Assembly: GCA_033720855.1 (NCBI GenBank)
Contig: JAWWBR010000003.1
Location: 3,614-67,613 of the forward strand
Reading direction: 5' to 3'
Length of the DNA stretch: 64,000 nt
Source: Alphaproteobacteria bacterium
Lineage (GTDB): Bacteria > Pseudomonadota > Alphaproteobacteria > SMXQ01
In this document: piece after piece, positions 19,803-29,808 of the stretch
Layout of the letters: each line of letters opens with the position of its first letter
Numbering within the stretch: position 1 is the first letter of the stretch
The notes under the pieces: model-generated
Databases searched by the model: none
What the model saw: the letters and a program-made list of their open reading frames with translations, nothing else
What the model was told of the DNA's origin: nothing
Translations under genes and position numbers: made by a program

Positions 19803-20471
19803 ATGGAAGTCATCTTGTTGGAGCGGATTGAAAAACTCGGTCAGATGGGAGACATCGTCAACGTCAAGGCAGGCTATGCACGGAATTTCCTGCTGCCGCA
19901 AAACAAGGCGTTGAGGGCGACAGCCCAAAACCGGGAGCAGTTCGAGGCGCGGCGCGCCGAATTGGAAACCGCCAACGCGGAACGGCGGTCCTTGGCGGAA
20001 AAGGCCGCCACGGGCATAGAAGGCAGTTCGGTGGTCTTGGTCCGCCAAGCAAGCGACGCCGGCCAACTCTACGGTTCGGTCCGTCCCCGCGACATTGCCA
20101 ATGCACTCAACGAACAAGGCGCCGAAATCGACCGTACCCAGGTCAAGCTTGACACCCCCATAAAGATGATCGGGCTTCATACCGTGCGTATCGCCGTCCA
20201 CCCCGAAGTGGTGGTGGAAATTACGGCAAACGTCGCCCGCTCCGAAGATGAAGCGGAGCTCCAGGCCCAGGGCAAGTCCTTGATCGACGCTGACGCAGAG
20301 GAGACCGAGGCCGATTACGAGGAGGCCTTGGAGGCCGAAGAAGAGAAGATCGCGGGTGAGGTCGAAGACCTGACCGAGGAGGAAGAGGCCGGTTCCACGA
20401 ACGTCGCCATGGAGGCGGCGGAGGATCAGGCAGGGGCAGACTCAGGTGAAGAGGAGTCCCGCGCCACATGA
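19803..20471 (+). CDS. rplI: 50S ribosomal protein L9 with a ~70-aa acidic C-terminal extension
   Basis: MEVILLERIEKLGQMGDIVNVKAGYARNFLLPQ; 222 aa versus ~150 for typical L9; tail rich in E/D/A. Confidence 0.9.
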   Translation: MEVILLERIEKLGQMGDIVNVKAGYARNFLLPQNKALRATAQNREQFEARRAELETANAERRSLAEKAATGIEGSSVVLVRQASDAGQLYGSVRPRDIANALNEQGAEIDRTQVKLDTPIKMIGLHTVRIAVHPEVVVEITANVARSEDEAELQAQGKSLIDADAEETEADYEEALEAEEEKIAGEVEDLTEEEEAGSTNVAMEAAEDQAGADSGEEESRAT

Positions 20472-20519
20472 CAGGTTGACGCGATGCCCTAGCGCGGAGA
20501 CCCGACAGGGGGAGGGGAG

Positions 20520-21749
20520 ATGCTGCTTGCACGTTTGTTGAGGAAGCTGGTCCGTTCCGGGTCATTGACCTTGATTGACGCCAAGGGCGGAGAGCACCAG
20601 ATCGGGGATGGGACGGGCCCCCAAGTCACGATAAAGGTCCACGACCAGCTGACTCAGCTGAAAATCAGCGTCAATCCCGCGCTCTATGTCGGCGAGGCCT
20701 ATATGGACGGCACCCTGACCATCGAGCAAGGGACCCTGTATGATTTTCTCGACCTCGCCACGCGCAGCGTGTGGGACCCCGGGAACAACAGCATCATCAC
20801 CGCGCTGGTCTCGATGCGAAACATCGTCCGCTTCCTGCGCCAACGCAACCCCCTGGGTCGCGCGAAATCCAACGTTGCGCATCATTACGACCTCTCAGAC
20901 GCGCTCTACGATTTGTTCCTCGATTCCGATCGCCAATATTCCTGCGCGTATTTCGCACATCCGGACCAGGCCCTCGAAGAAGCCCAGGAAAACAAGAAAC
21001 GGCATATTGCCGCCAAGTTGCTGCTCGACCGGCCGGGGCTCAGGGTGTTGGATATCGGTTGCGGTTGGGGCGGCCTGGCCCTCTATCTTGCCGCCGAAAC
21101 CGGCGCCCAGGTGACCGGCATTACGCTTTCGGAAGAACAACTGAAGGCCGCACGCCTGCGCGCCGAGCGGGCTGGCCTCGCCGACAAGGTCAGCTTCCAT
21201 CTGCGTGACTACCGCCTGGAACAGGGCGTTTATGATCGTATCGTCTCGGTTGGAATGTTCGAACATGTCGGGACGCCGCATTACTCGGCCTATTTCGGGA
21301 AAATTCGCGAGCTGCTGACCGACGACGGTGTCGCCTTGCTTCATACCATCGGCCGCGCGGACAAGGCCGGATCCACCAATCCCTGGATCGAAAAATACAT
21401 TTTCCCGGGGGGGTACACGCCCGCCCTGTCCGAAGTCATGCCGCATATCGAGCGGCAGATGCTTTTTGTGACCGATATCGAGGTCTTAAGGCTCCATTAC
21501 GCGTACACGCTGCGCGAATGGCGGCGGCGTTTCATGGAAAACCGTGATCGCATCAAGGACATTTACGACGAGCGGTTCTGCCGCATGTGGGAATTCTATC
21601 TCGCCGGCGCGGAGAACGCCTTCCGCAATGAATATCAGGTCGTGTTTCAATTACAGATGACCAAGGATCAGGAGGCGGTGCCTCTGGTCCGCGATTACAT
21701 CACCGACTGGGAACGGACCCACCGCACCAAATCGGCCGCCGCCCAATAG
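20520..21749 (+). CDS. cfa: cyclopropane-fatty-acyl-phospholipid synthase
   Basis: SCAYF...VLDIGCGWGGLA SAM motif, 409 aa CFA/mycolic-acid synthase family. Confidence 0.85.
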   Translation: MLLARLLRKLVRSGSLTLIDAKGGEHQIGDGTGPQVTIKVHDQLTQLKISVNPALYVGEAYMDGTLTIEQGTLYDFLDLATRSVWDPGNNSIITALVSMRNIVRFLRQRNPLGRAKSNVAHHYDLSDALYDLFLDSDRQYSCAYFAHPDQALEEAQENKKRHIAAKLLLDRPGLRVLDIGCGWGGLALYLAAETGAQVTGITLSEEQLKAARLRAERAGLADKVSFHLRDYRLEQGVYDRIVSVGMFEHVGTPHYSAYFGKIRELLTDDGVALLHTIGRADKAGSTNPWIEKYIFPGGYTPALSEVMPHIERQMLFVTDIEVLRLHYAYTLREWRRRFMENRDRIKDIYDERFCRMWEFYLAGAENAFRNEYQVVFQLQMTKDQEAVPLVRDYITDWERTHRTKSAAAQ

Positions 21750-21854
21750 GGCCGAGGGGCGTATTTCGCGAATTTTCTTGGCGGCTTTTCCCCACTAGTA
21801 CTAGGCTGTGGATTATTTTCCTGTGGGTCCAGGCCCGCCAGGCCGTTTTCCGCT

Positions 21855-23408
21855 TTGGGCACGAAACGGCCTTCTGTAAGTTTCGCGGTCATGGTTGATG
21901 TAACGCCCGATTCGAAAATTACCCCGCTGAGAGATGGTGACGGCCCGGATACGGTCGCCAACCTGCCCCATAACTTCGAGGCCGAACAGGCATTGCTCGG
22001 CGCCATCCTGATCAATAATGATGCCTATAACCGGGTCTCGGAATTCCTCAAGCCGGAGCACTTTTACGACCCCGTTCACGGGCGTATTTTTGCCGCCTGT
22101 GCGACCCTGATCGAACGGCATCAGATTGCCAACCCGGTCACCCTCAAACCGTTGTTCGAGGCCGACGAATCCCTCTCCGACGCCGGCGGAGCCAAGTATC
22201 TGGCGCGGCTCGCGGCATCGGCGGTGACGGTGATCAACGCCGCCGATTACGGGCGGACCGTGTTCGACCTTCACCTCAGGCGGCAACTCATCGAATTATC
22301 CTTGGAAATGCGGGATCAGGCGCTTGACCCCGATCTCGAGTCCAGCGGCCAACAGCAGATCGAGGCCGTCGAGCAGCAGCTTTTCGACCTCGCCACCACC
22401 GGCGAATACGAAGGCGGGTTTCGCTCCTTCACCGACGTGCTCACCAGCGCCATAGAGATCGCCGAGGCCGCATACAAGCGGGAGGGTCAGCTCACCGGCG
22501 TGGCCACCGGGTTCAGCGATCTGGACAGGCTCCTGGGCGGCTTGCAACGCTCGGATCTGGTGATCCTGGCCGGCCGTCCCTCCATGGGCAAGACGGCGCT
22601 GGCGACCAATATCGCCTACCATGCGGCCCGCGTCTGCCGCCGGGAAAACGATGACCAAGGACACGTCACGGTAACCGACGGCGCCGTGGTGGGCTTCTTC
22701 TCGTTGGAAATGTCGGCCGAGCAGCTGGCAACGCGGATCCTCTCGGAGGCGGCAGGGGTTAGCTCCGATAAGGTGCGCAAGGGCGATCTTTCCAACGCCG
22801 ATTTCCAGAAGGTGGTGGAGGCCAATCAGGTTCTGGCCAAGATCCCCTTCTTCATCGACGACACGCCCGCGCTTTCGGTGGCGCAGCTCAGGACCCGCGC
22901 ACGGCGCCTGAAACGCCAACAATCCCTGGGCCTTGTGGTGGTCGACTACCTGCAGCTGCTGCGCCCCTCCTCCACACGGGCCAGCGACAACCGGGTGCAG
23001 GAAATCTCCGATATCACCCGCGGCCTCAAGGCGCTGGCCAAGGAGCTCGATGTCCCCGTGCTGGCGCTGTCGCAGCTGTCCCGCGCGGTCGAACAGCGCG
23101 AGGACAAGCGCCCGCAATTGGCCGATCTCCGGGAATCGGGCTCCATCGAACAGGACGCCGATGTGGTCGCATTCATCTATCGACCCGAATATTACCTCTC
23201 GCGCCTGGAACCGGAGGAGCACGGCACCGAAGCGTACGAGAAATGGCAGGCGAGGATGGAAGAGGTCCACAATCTCGCCGAGGTGATCATCGGCAAGCAG
23301 CGCCATGGCCCGACGGGGACGATCAAGCTGGTCTTCGAGGGCGAGTTGACACGGTTTTCGGATCACGCACGGGACGATCAGATTCCCGACCAGGATGTCC
23401 CGTTCTAG
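21855..23408 (+). CDS. dnaB: replicative DNA helicase
   Basis: PHNFEAEQALLGAIL N-domain, GRPSMGKTALA Walker A, H4 motif. Confidence 0.9.
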   Translation: MGTKRPSVSFAVMVDVTPDSKITPLRDGDGPDTVANLPHNFEAEQALLGAILINNDAYNRVSEFLKPEHFYDPVHGRIFAACATLIERHQIANPVTLKPLFEADESLSDAGGAKYLARLAASAVTVINAADYGRTVFDLHLRRQLIELSLEMRDQALDPDLESSGQQQIEAVEQQLFDLATTGEYEGGFRSFTDVLTSAIEIAEAAYKREGQLTGVATGFSDLDRLLGGLQRSDLVILAGRPSMGKTALATNIAYHAARVCRRENDDQGHVTVTDGAVVGFFSLEMSAEQLATRILSEAAGVSSDKVRKGDLSNADFQKVVEANQVLAKIPFFIDDTPALSVAQLRTRARRLKRQQSLGLVVVDYLQLLRPSSTRASDNRVQEISDITRGLKALAKELDVPVLALSQLSRAVEQREDKRPQLADLRESGSIEQDADVVAFIYRPEYYLSRLEPEEHGTEAYEKWQARMEEVHNLAEVIIGKQRHGPTGTIKLVFEGELTRFSDHARDDQIPDQDVPF

Positions 23409-24534
23409 GCTCGGCAGCGATCACGTGAGCGGGTCGGGTGGTGTCCTGACCATCGACCTCGATGCCATCGCCGTAAATTACCGGCTGCTTTCCGACCGCT
23501 CCGGCCCGCGGGCGGAATGCGGCGCGGTGGTCAAGGCCGATGCCTACGGGCTCGGTCTCGAGCCCGTCGCCGTCACCCTTTGGCAGGCCGGCTGCCGCAG
23601 CTTCTTCGTCGCCCTGCCCGAAGAAGGCCTCGCCTTGCGGGCCTGCCTTTCCGATGCGGCGATCATCGTCTTCAATGGTGTCGACGCGGACAGTGCCGGT
23701 GATATGGCGGCCGCCGGGCTCGTCCCCGTCCTGAACCACCTAGGGCAGGTCGAGGCGTGGAGGGCCCGGGCCCAGGCCGAGGGAACCGATTTGCCGGCGA
23801 TCCTACACCTGGATACGGGAATGAACCGCCTGGGACTGAGTGAAGCGGATGCCCGGGCCCTGGCGGGCACCTCCGGCGCGACAGAGGGGCTCGACGTCAC
23901 CGCGGTGATGAGCCACCTCGCCTGCGCCGAAGAGCCCAATCACCCCTTGAACGAGGAGCAGCGCGCGCGCTTCATGGCGGGCCGGGACAGTCTCGCCCCT
24001 CTGGGAGCGATGAAAGCGAGCCTCGCCAACTCCTCAGGCGTCTTTCTCGGCTCGCGATTCCACTTCGACCTGGTTCGGCCAGGCGCCGCCATCTACGGCC
24101 TGAATCCGATCCCGTCGGGCCCCAACCCCATGTCGCAAGTCGTTAAATTACAAGGAAAAATCCTGCAAACCCGTATGATTGACACCCCTTCGACCGTTGG
24201 CTATGGTGCCACCCACCGGGCGGAGAGCGGGCAGCGCATCGCGACCCTCGGGCTAGGCTATGCCGATGGTTTTCTCCGTTCTCTGTCCAATTCGGCCAGC
24301 GCCTTTGTCGGCGGCGTCCGGGTTCCCGTTGTAGGGCGCGTCTCCATGGATCTCATCACCGTAGACGTTACCGCCGTCCCCGAAGAGGCCACCCGTCCCG
24401 GTGATTTCGTCGACATCATTGGCCCCGAACACACGGCGGATGCCTTGGCGCGGGAGGCCGGCACCATCGGCTACGAAATCCTCTCGGCACTGGGCGGGCG
24501 TTTCCAGAGACACTACGTGGGCGGCGCGTCATGA
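23395..24534 (+). CDS. alr: alanine racemase
   Basis: VVKADAYGLG PLP-lysine motif; overlaps the dnaB end. Confidence 0.85.
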   Translation: MSRSRLGSDHVSGSGGVLTIDLDAIAVNYRLLSDRSGPRAECGAVVKADAYGLGLEPVAVTLWQAGCRSFFVALPEEGLALRACLSDAAIIVFNGVDADSAGDMAAAGLVPVLNHLGQVEAWRARAQAEGTDLPAILHLDTGMNRLGLSEADARALAGTSGATEGLDVTAVMSHLACAEEPNHPLNEEQRARFMAGRDSLAPLGAMKASLANSSGVFLGSRFHFDLVRPGAAIYGLNPIPSGPNPMSQVVKLQGKILQTRMIDTPSTVGYGATHRAESGQRIATLGLGYADGFLRSLSNSASAFVGGVRVPVVGRVSMDLITVDVTAVPEEATRPGDFVDIIGPEHTADALAREAGTIGYEILSALGGRFQRHYVGGAS

Positions 24535-25337
24535 GCCTCGCGGCCCCCGAAAATCATCTCCTGATCCGTGTCTTGTCGTCGGTCGGACGCGTGTTCCTGA
24601 ACTTTCTCGGGGCCGTGGGCCGGCTCTCCGTATTCACCGGCAATGCCTTGCTCCACTGCGTAACGCCACCCTTCTATTTTCGTCTGGTGATCCGGCAGAT
24701 GATCGACATCGGGTATTACTCCCTCCCGGTCGTCGGATTGACGGCGATCTTTACCGGGATGGTCTTGGCGTTGCAGAGCTACTCCGGTTTTTCGAGGTTC
24801 TCCGCGGAGGGCGCGGTGGCCACGGTGGTGGTGCTGTCGATGACCCGGGAGCTCGGCCCGGTCCTTGCCGGTCTCATGGTGGCGGGACGGATCGGCGCCT
24901 CGATGGCGGCGGAGATCGGTACCATGAAGGTCACCGAGCAGATTGACGCGCTGACCACACTCTCGACCAACCCATACAAATATCTTGTCGCGCCCCGCCT
25001 GATTGCCGGCCTCACAATGATGCCCCTCCTCGTACTCGTCGCCGACATCATCGGCGTTTTCGGCGGCTTCTTGATCGGCGTGAACAAACTCGATTTCAAC
25101 CCCGCCAATTACCTGACCCAGACCTTCGAATTCCTGGAAACCAAGGATGTCGTCTCGGGCCTGACCAAGGCCGCGGCGTTCGGCTTCGTGATTTCCCTGA
25201 TGGGCTGCTACCACGGTTACAATTCCCGGGGCGGCGCCCAGGGGGTCGGCACCGCGACCATCAACGCGGTGGTCTCGTCGCTGATCCTCATCCTGATCCT
25301 GAACTACATCATCACGGAGCTCTTCTTCGCGCGATGA
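24531..25337 (+). CDS. mlaE: phospholipid ABC transporter permease MlaE
   Basis: MlaE/Ttg2B family pattern (YSLPVVGLTAIFTGMVLALQSY). Confidence 0.85.
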   Translation: MSLAAPENHLLIRVLSSVGRVFLNFLGAVGRLSVFTGNALLHCVTPPFYFRLVIRQMIDIGYYSLPVVGLTAIFTGMVLALQSYSGFSRFSAEGAVATVVVLSMTRELGPVLAGLMVAGRIGASMAAEIGTMKVTEQIDALTTLSTNPYKYLVAPRLIAGLTMMPLLVLVADIIGVFGGFLIGVNKLDFNPANYLTQTFEFLETKDVVSGLTKAAAFGFVISLMGCYHGYNSRGGAQGVGTATINAVVSSLILILILNYIITELFFAR

Positions 25338-26110
25338 ATACCGAGATCCCGAAAATCCGGCTTCGTGGCGTCTGCAAGGCGTTCGGTCCCAAGGTGGTTC
25401 TGGACGGGGTTGACCTCGACGTCGCGGTCGGTGAATCCGTCGTCGTCATCGGCGGGTCGGGAACCGGAAAGTCGGTCCTGATCAAATGTATCTTGGGCAT
25501 CCTGCAGCCCGACGCCGGCCTGATCGAGATCGACGGTGTGGACGTTTCGGAACTCAACGGCGCCGAGCGTGAAGAGCTTATGACAAAGTTCGGCATGCTG
25601 TTTCAGGGTTCGGCCTTATTCGACAGCCTGCACGTCTGGGAGAATGTCGCCTTTGGGCTGATCCAGGCGCAGGGCGTGGATCGCGACGCGGCGCGCACGA
25701 TCGCGCTGCAGAAGCTCGCCGCGGTGGGCCTGGGGCCCGAGGTCGGCATGCTGTACCCCGCCGAACTGTCCGGCGGCATGAAGAAGCGAGTCGCCCTTGC
25801 CCGCGCCATCGCCACCGAACCGGAGATCATATTCTTCGACGAACCCACCACCGGACTCGATCCCATCATGGGTGACGTCATCAACGATCTCATCGTCAAA
25901 TGCGTGCGCGAACTGGGTGCGACGACCCTGTCCATCACCCACGACCTGGCCAGCGCCCGAAAGATCGCCGATCGCATCGCCATGCTCCATGGCGGAAAAA
26001 TCATCTGGCAGGGGCCGGTCTCGGAAATCGACGATTCCGGAAACCCGTATGTCGATCAGTTCATTCACGGCCGGGCCGAAGGCCCCATTGAGATGCAGGT
26101 CTCGACATGA
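25334..26110 (+). CDS. mlaF: phospholipid ABC transporter ATP-binding protein MlaF
   Basis: GGSGTGKS Walker A, LSGGMKKRVALARA signature. Confidence 0.85.
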   Translation: MNTEIPKIRLRGVCKAFGPKVVLDGVDLDVAVGESVVVIGGSGTGKSVLIKCILGILQPDAGLIEIDGVDVSELNGAEREELMTKFGMLFQGSALFDSLHVWENVAFGLIQAQGVDRDAARTIALQKLAAVGLGPEVGMLYPAELSGGMKKRVALARAIATEPEIIFFDEPTTGLDPIMGDVINDLIVKCVRELGATTLSITHDLASARKIADRIAMLHGGKIIWQGPVSEIDDSGNPYVDQFIHGRAEGPIEMQVST

Positions 26111-26158
26111 CCCAGATGGTGCGGCGCCGAGACAAGCGGAACCGATCGCGAGGATAGC

Positions 26159-27652
26159 ATGGCCCGGGCCGCAACGCGCTACGTCTGCCAGGAATGCGGG
26201 ACCGAACACCGAAAATGGGCCGGGCGCTGCGAGGGATGCGGCGCGTGGAACGCCATTGTCGAGGAGGTCGTGAGCGGGGGAACGGCGGCTGCCCGGCGAA
26301 AGGCGTCATCAGGAACGCGCCTTGATCTCGAGGGCCTCAAGGGCGAAGGCGCGGCTCCCCGCCGGCGTTTGACCGGTATCGGAGAGTTCGACCGGGTGCT
26401 CGGTGGCGGCCTGGTCCCCGGGTCGGCCGTTTTGGTGGCCGGCGACCCCGGCATCGGCAAATCGACGCTCCTGCTGCAGGTAAGCGCCGCGCTGTCGAAG
26501 GCGGGTACCGAGGATCCGCGGGATGCGGTCTACGTCTCCGGTGAAGAGGCGACGGATCAGCTGCGTATGCGGGCCGCGCGCACGGGCCTTGGCGAGGCGA
26601 ACGTGGCCCTGGCGGCGGCAACTTCGGTGAACGACGTGATCGCAACCCTGGAGGCTTTGCCGCCGGACCAACGTCCGGCCTTGCTGGTCATCGACTCGAT
26701 TCAGACCATGTACCTGAACGAACTCGACTCTGCCCCCGGTTCGGTCACTCAGGTTCGCGGCGCCGCCCAGGCATTGATCGCCTTCGCCAAGCGCGCCGCC
26801 CTTGCCGTGATCCTGGTCGGCCACGTCACCAAGGAGGGGCAAATCGCCGGCCCCCGGGTGCTCGAACACATGGTCGATACCGTGCTCTATTTCGAGGGCG
26901 AACGCGGGCAGCAGTTCCGCATATTGCGGGCGGTTAAGAACCGGTTCGGCCCAACTGATGAAATCGGCGTTTTCGAGATGACGGACGGCGGCCTCGGCGA
27001 AGTCAAAAACCCCTCGGCGATGTTTCTCGGTCTTGGCGCCGATGCCGCCGGCCCCGGCGGCGGGCCGGTGCCGGGCGCCGCGGTGTTTGCGGGGATCGAA
27101 GGCACCCGGCCGGTCCTGGTGGAGATTCAGGCCCTGGTTGCCGCCTCCTCCCTGGCCGCGCCGCGGCGCGCCGTGGTCGGGTGGGATTCCGCCCGCCTGG
27201 CCATGGTCGTCGCGGTATTGGATGCGCGTTGTGGCCTCAATCTTTCCGGTCAGGACATCTATCTCAGCGTCGCCGGCGGGTTACGGATCTCCGAGCCGGC
27301 AGCCGACCTTGCCGTGGCCGCCGCGCTGGTGTCCGCGCTCAGTGATCGCCCCGCGCCCGAGGCCACCCTTTTCTTCGGCGAGGTCGCCCTGTCGGGGGAG
27401 GTCCGGCCGGTCAGCGGTCGGGAGGGACGCATTCGAGAGGCCCGGAAGCTCGGATTCCGGCGGGCCGTGGTGCCGCCCGGCAAGGATGGGGGTTCGAGGC
27501 TCGAGGAAGAACATTTCGAAATCACCGAAATCAAGGCCATCGGGGAATTGCTTGCCCTTTTCGGCGCCAGCCCGCAACACGGCCGCGAGCGCGGGGTCGA
27601 GCGCATGGGCCGCTTCGGTCGCGAGAACAGTGGCCGGGGCGGCAGGATTTAG
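26159..27652 (+). CDS. radA: DNA repair protein RadA (Sms)
   Basis: C4 zinc finger CQECG...CEGCG, GDPGIGKSTLLLQ, KNRFG motif and Lon-like C-domain. Confidence 0.9.
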   Translation: MARAATRYVCQECGTEHRKWAGRCEGCGAWNAIVEEVVSGGTAAARRKASSGTRLDLEGLKGEGAAPRRRLTGIGEFDRVLGGGLVPGSAVLVAGDPGIGKSTLLLQVSAALSKAGTEDPRDAVYVSGEEATDQLRMRAARTGLGEANVALAAATSVNDVIATLEALPPDQRPALLVIDSIQTMYLNELDSAPGSVTQVRGAAQALIAFAKRAALAVILVGHVTKEGQIAGPRVLEHMVDTVLYFEGERGQQFRILRAVKNRFGPTDEIGVFEMTDGGLGEVKNPSAMFLGLGADAAGPGGGPVPGAAVFAGIEGTRPVLVEIQALVAASSLAAPRRAVVGWDSARLAMVVAVLDARCGLNLSGQDIYLSVAGGLRISEPAADLAVAAALVSALSDRPAPEATLFFGEVALSGEVRPVSGREGRIREARKLGFRRAVVPPGKDGGSRLEEEHFEITEIKAIGELLALFGASPQHGRERGVERMGRFGRENSGRGGRI

Positions 27653-27665
27653 GTAAACCGACGCC

Positions 27666-28307
27666 ATGTCACCGGACATCATCACCGATATCGTCGTGAT
27701 CGGCGTGATTCTCGTCTCGGGTCTGTTGGCGCTGTTCCAGGGATTCGTCAAGGAGGTGCTGTCGATCGCGAGTTGGGTCGGGGCTCTCGTGGTGACGATT
27801 TTCGGCTACGCCGCGACGTTGCCCGTCATCAAGGGCTTGATCGACTGGCCCGGGGCGACGGTGCCGATCACCATAGGCGTTCTCTTCATCGGCAGTCTGA
27901 TCTTATTCTCCATCGCCGCCCATTTCGTCTCGAAGTTGGTTCACAGCATTGGCATCGGACCACTGGACCGCACCCTGGGATTCGTATTCGGGCTGGTCCG
28001 GGGCGTGTTGATCGTCATGGTCCTCTATATCTTCGCCAGCTACTTCGTTGCCGGCGCGGCAGAGCAGCCCCGTTGGTTCGCCAACGCACGAACCATGCCG
28101 CTGACGGCGGCGGCGACCGCCGCCGTGGCGTCAATCCTGCCCAAGCAGTGGCGAGACAAGCTGCCGACCCTGGTCAAGCCTGCGCCGCGCGCTCAGGCGC
28201 CGGCTTCCGGCACCACCAGCACCTCGGACAAAACGCGGCCCGGCTATCCGGAAACCGACCGTAGGGGCATGGACCGCTTGATGGAAGGCGTCAGTCAGGG
28301 TAATTGA
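27666..28307 (+). CDS. cvpA: colicin V production protein CvpA
   Basis: CvpA membrane-protein family; conserved radA-cvpA-purF order. Confidence 0.8.
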   Translation: MSPDIITDIVVIGVILVSGLLALFQGFVKEVLSIASWVGALVVTIFGYAATLPVIKGLIDWPGATVPITIGVLFIGSLILFSIAAHFVSKLVHSIGIGPLDRTLGFVFGLVRGVLIVMVLYIFASYFVAGAAEQPRWFANARTMPLTAAATAAVASILPKQWRDKLPTLVKPAPRAQAPASGTTSTSDKTRPGYPETDRRGMDRLMEGVSQGN

Positions 28308-28335
28308 AGGCTGAGATAGGAGTATCGAACCGCCC

Positions 28336-29808
28336 ATGAGCAAAGCCATCATCATCGACCCCTTCGAAGGCGACGCCTTTCACGACCATTGCGGCGTGTT
28401 CGGGGTTTTCGGCCATGACGACGCCGCCGCGCTGACCGCGCTCGGCCTGCACGCCCTGCAACACCGCGGCCAGGAAGCTGCGGGAATGGTCACCTACGAC
28501 GGCAGCCATTTTCATTCCCGCCGGGGCCTAGGCCACGTTGCCGACAACTTTTCCAGCGAAGAAGCCATCGCCGGTCTCGCGGGTGCCATGGCGATCGGTC
28601 ACAATCGCTACTCCACCGCAGGGGAAACGGTCGAACGCAATATTCAGCCCCTGTTCGCGGATTTCGAATTCGGCGGCTTCGCCATTGGCCACAATGGCAA
28701 CCTGACGAACGCCGTGACGCTGCGACGCGAATTGGTCAAGCGCGGCAGCCTGTTCCAGTCCACGACGGATACCGAAGTGATCATCCACCTGATCGCCACT
28801 TCCAGCTACATCACCGTGGTCGACCGTTTCATCGATGCGCTGAAGCAGGTGGAGGGGGCCTATTCCCTGGTGGCGATGACCCAGGACACGCTGATCGGCG
28901 TCCGCGACCCCCTTGGCGTACGGCCGCTCGTTCTGGGCAAACTCGATTCGGCTTACATTCTCGCATCGGAAACCTGTGCCTTGGACATCATCGGCGCGGA
29001 TTTGGTGCGCGATGTCGAGCCCGGGGAAATGGTGGTGATCAGTGCCGACGGCGTGCTCAGCCTCCATCCCTTCCCGCCGCAGCCCCGACGTCTTTGCATA
29101 TTCGAATTCGTGTACTTCTCTCGACCGGACAGCGTCTCCGACCACCGCAGCATTTACGAGACACGCAAACGGATCGGTGCCGAACTGGCGCGCGAAAGCC
29201 ACGTCGATGCGGACATGGTGATCCCGATTCCAGATTCCGGCGTACCCGGAGCCATCGGCTACGCTCATGAAGCCGGTGTGCCGTTCGAACTCGGCATCAT
29301 CCGCAATCATTACGTCGGCCGCACCTTCATCGAGCCGTCCGACCAGATCCGGCATTTGGGGGTGAAGCTCAAGCACAATGCCAATCGCGCCCATGTCGAA
29401 GGCAAGCGCGTGATCCTGGTGGACGACAGCATCGTTCGCGGCACCACCTCGGTCAAAATCGTCGAGATGATGCGAGCGGCGGGCGCCAAGGAGGTGCATA
29501 TGCGCATCGCCAGCCCGCCGACCACCAATCCTTGTTATTACGGCGTCGACACGCCGCAACGCTCGGAACTGATGGCCGCCAATATGGACATCGAGGCCAT
29601 GCGCAAGGAAATTGGCGTCGACACCCTCGCCTTTCTCTCCATGGACGGGCTTTATAGGGCCGTCGGCGAAACCGGTCGGAACGACGCCTGCCCGCAATAC
29701 TGCGACGCCTGTTTTTCCGGCGACTATCCCATCCGGCTGACCGACCAGGAAGACGGCTCCCACGCGGCGCAACTTTCATTCTTGACGGAGGTTGCCGGGA
29801 AACGATGA
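28336..29808 (+). CDS. purF: amidophosphoribosyltransferase
   Basis: N-terminal Cys (HDHCGVFGVFG) Ntn-glutaminase, PRT motif VILVDDSIVRGTT, and C-terminal 4Fe-4S cysteines (CYYG...CPQYCDAC). Confidence 0.9.
   Translation: MSKAIIIDPFEGDAFHDHCGVFGVFGHDDAAALTALGLHALQHRGQEAAGMVTYDGSHFHSRRGLGHVADNFSSEEAIAGLAGAMAIGHNRYSTAGETVERNIQPLFADFEFGGFAIGHNGNLTNAVTLRRELVKRGSLFQSTTDTEVIIHLIATSSYITVVDRFIDALKQVEGAYSLVAMTQDTLIGVRDPLGVRPLVLGKLDSAYILASETCALDIIGADLVRDVEPGEMVVISADGVLSLHPFPPQPRRLCIFEFVYFSRPDSVSDHRSIYETRKRIGAELARESHVDADMVIPIPDSGVPGAIGYAHEAGVPFELGIIRNHYVGRTFIEPSDQIRHLGVKLKHNANRAHVEGKRVILVDDSIVRGTTSVKIVEMMRAAGAKEVHMRIASPPTTNPCYYGVDTPQRSELMAANMDIEAMRKEIGVDTLAFLSMDGLYRAVGETGRNDACPQYCDACFSGDYPIRLTDQEDGSHAAQLSFLTEVAGKR

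Noticed and set aside
18383-19831. 482-aa + strand ORF overlapping rpsF, rpsR, the DUF2232 gene and rplI
   Set aside because: Alternative frame through four well-supported genes; Arg/Pro/Gly-rich artefact.
22296-23366. 356-aa minus-strand ORF
   Set aside because: Antisense to dnaB.
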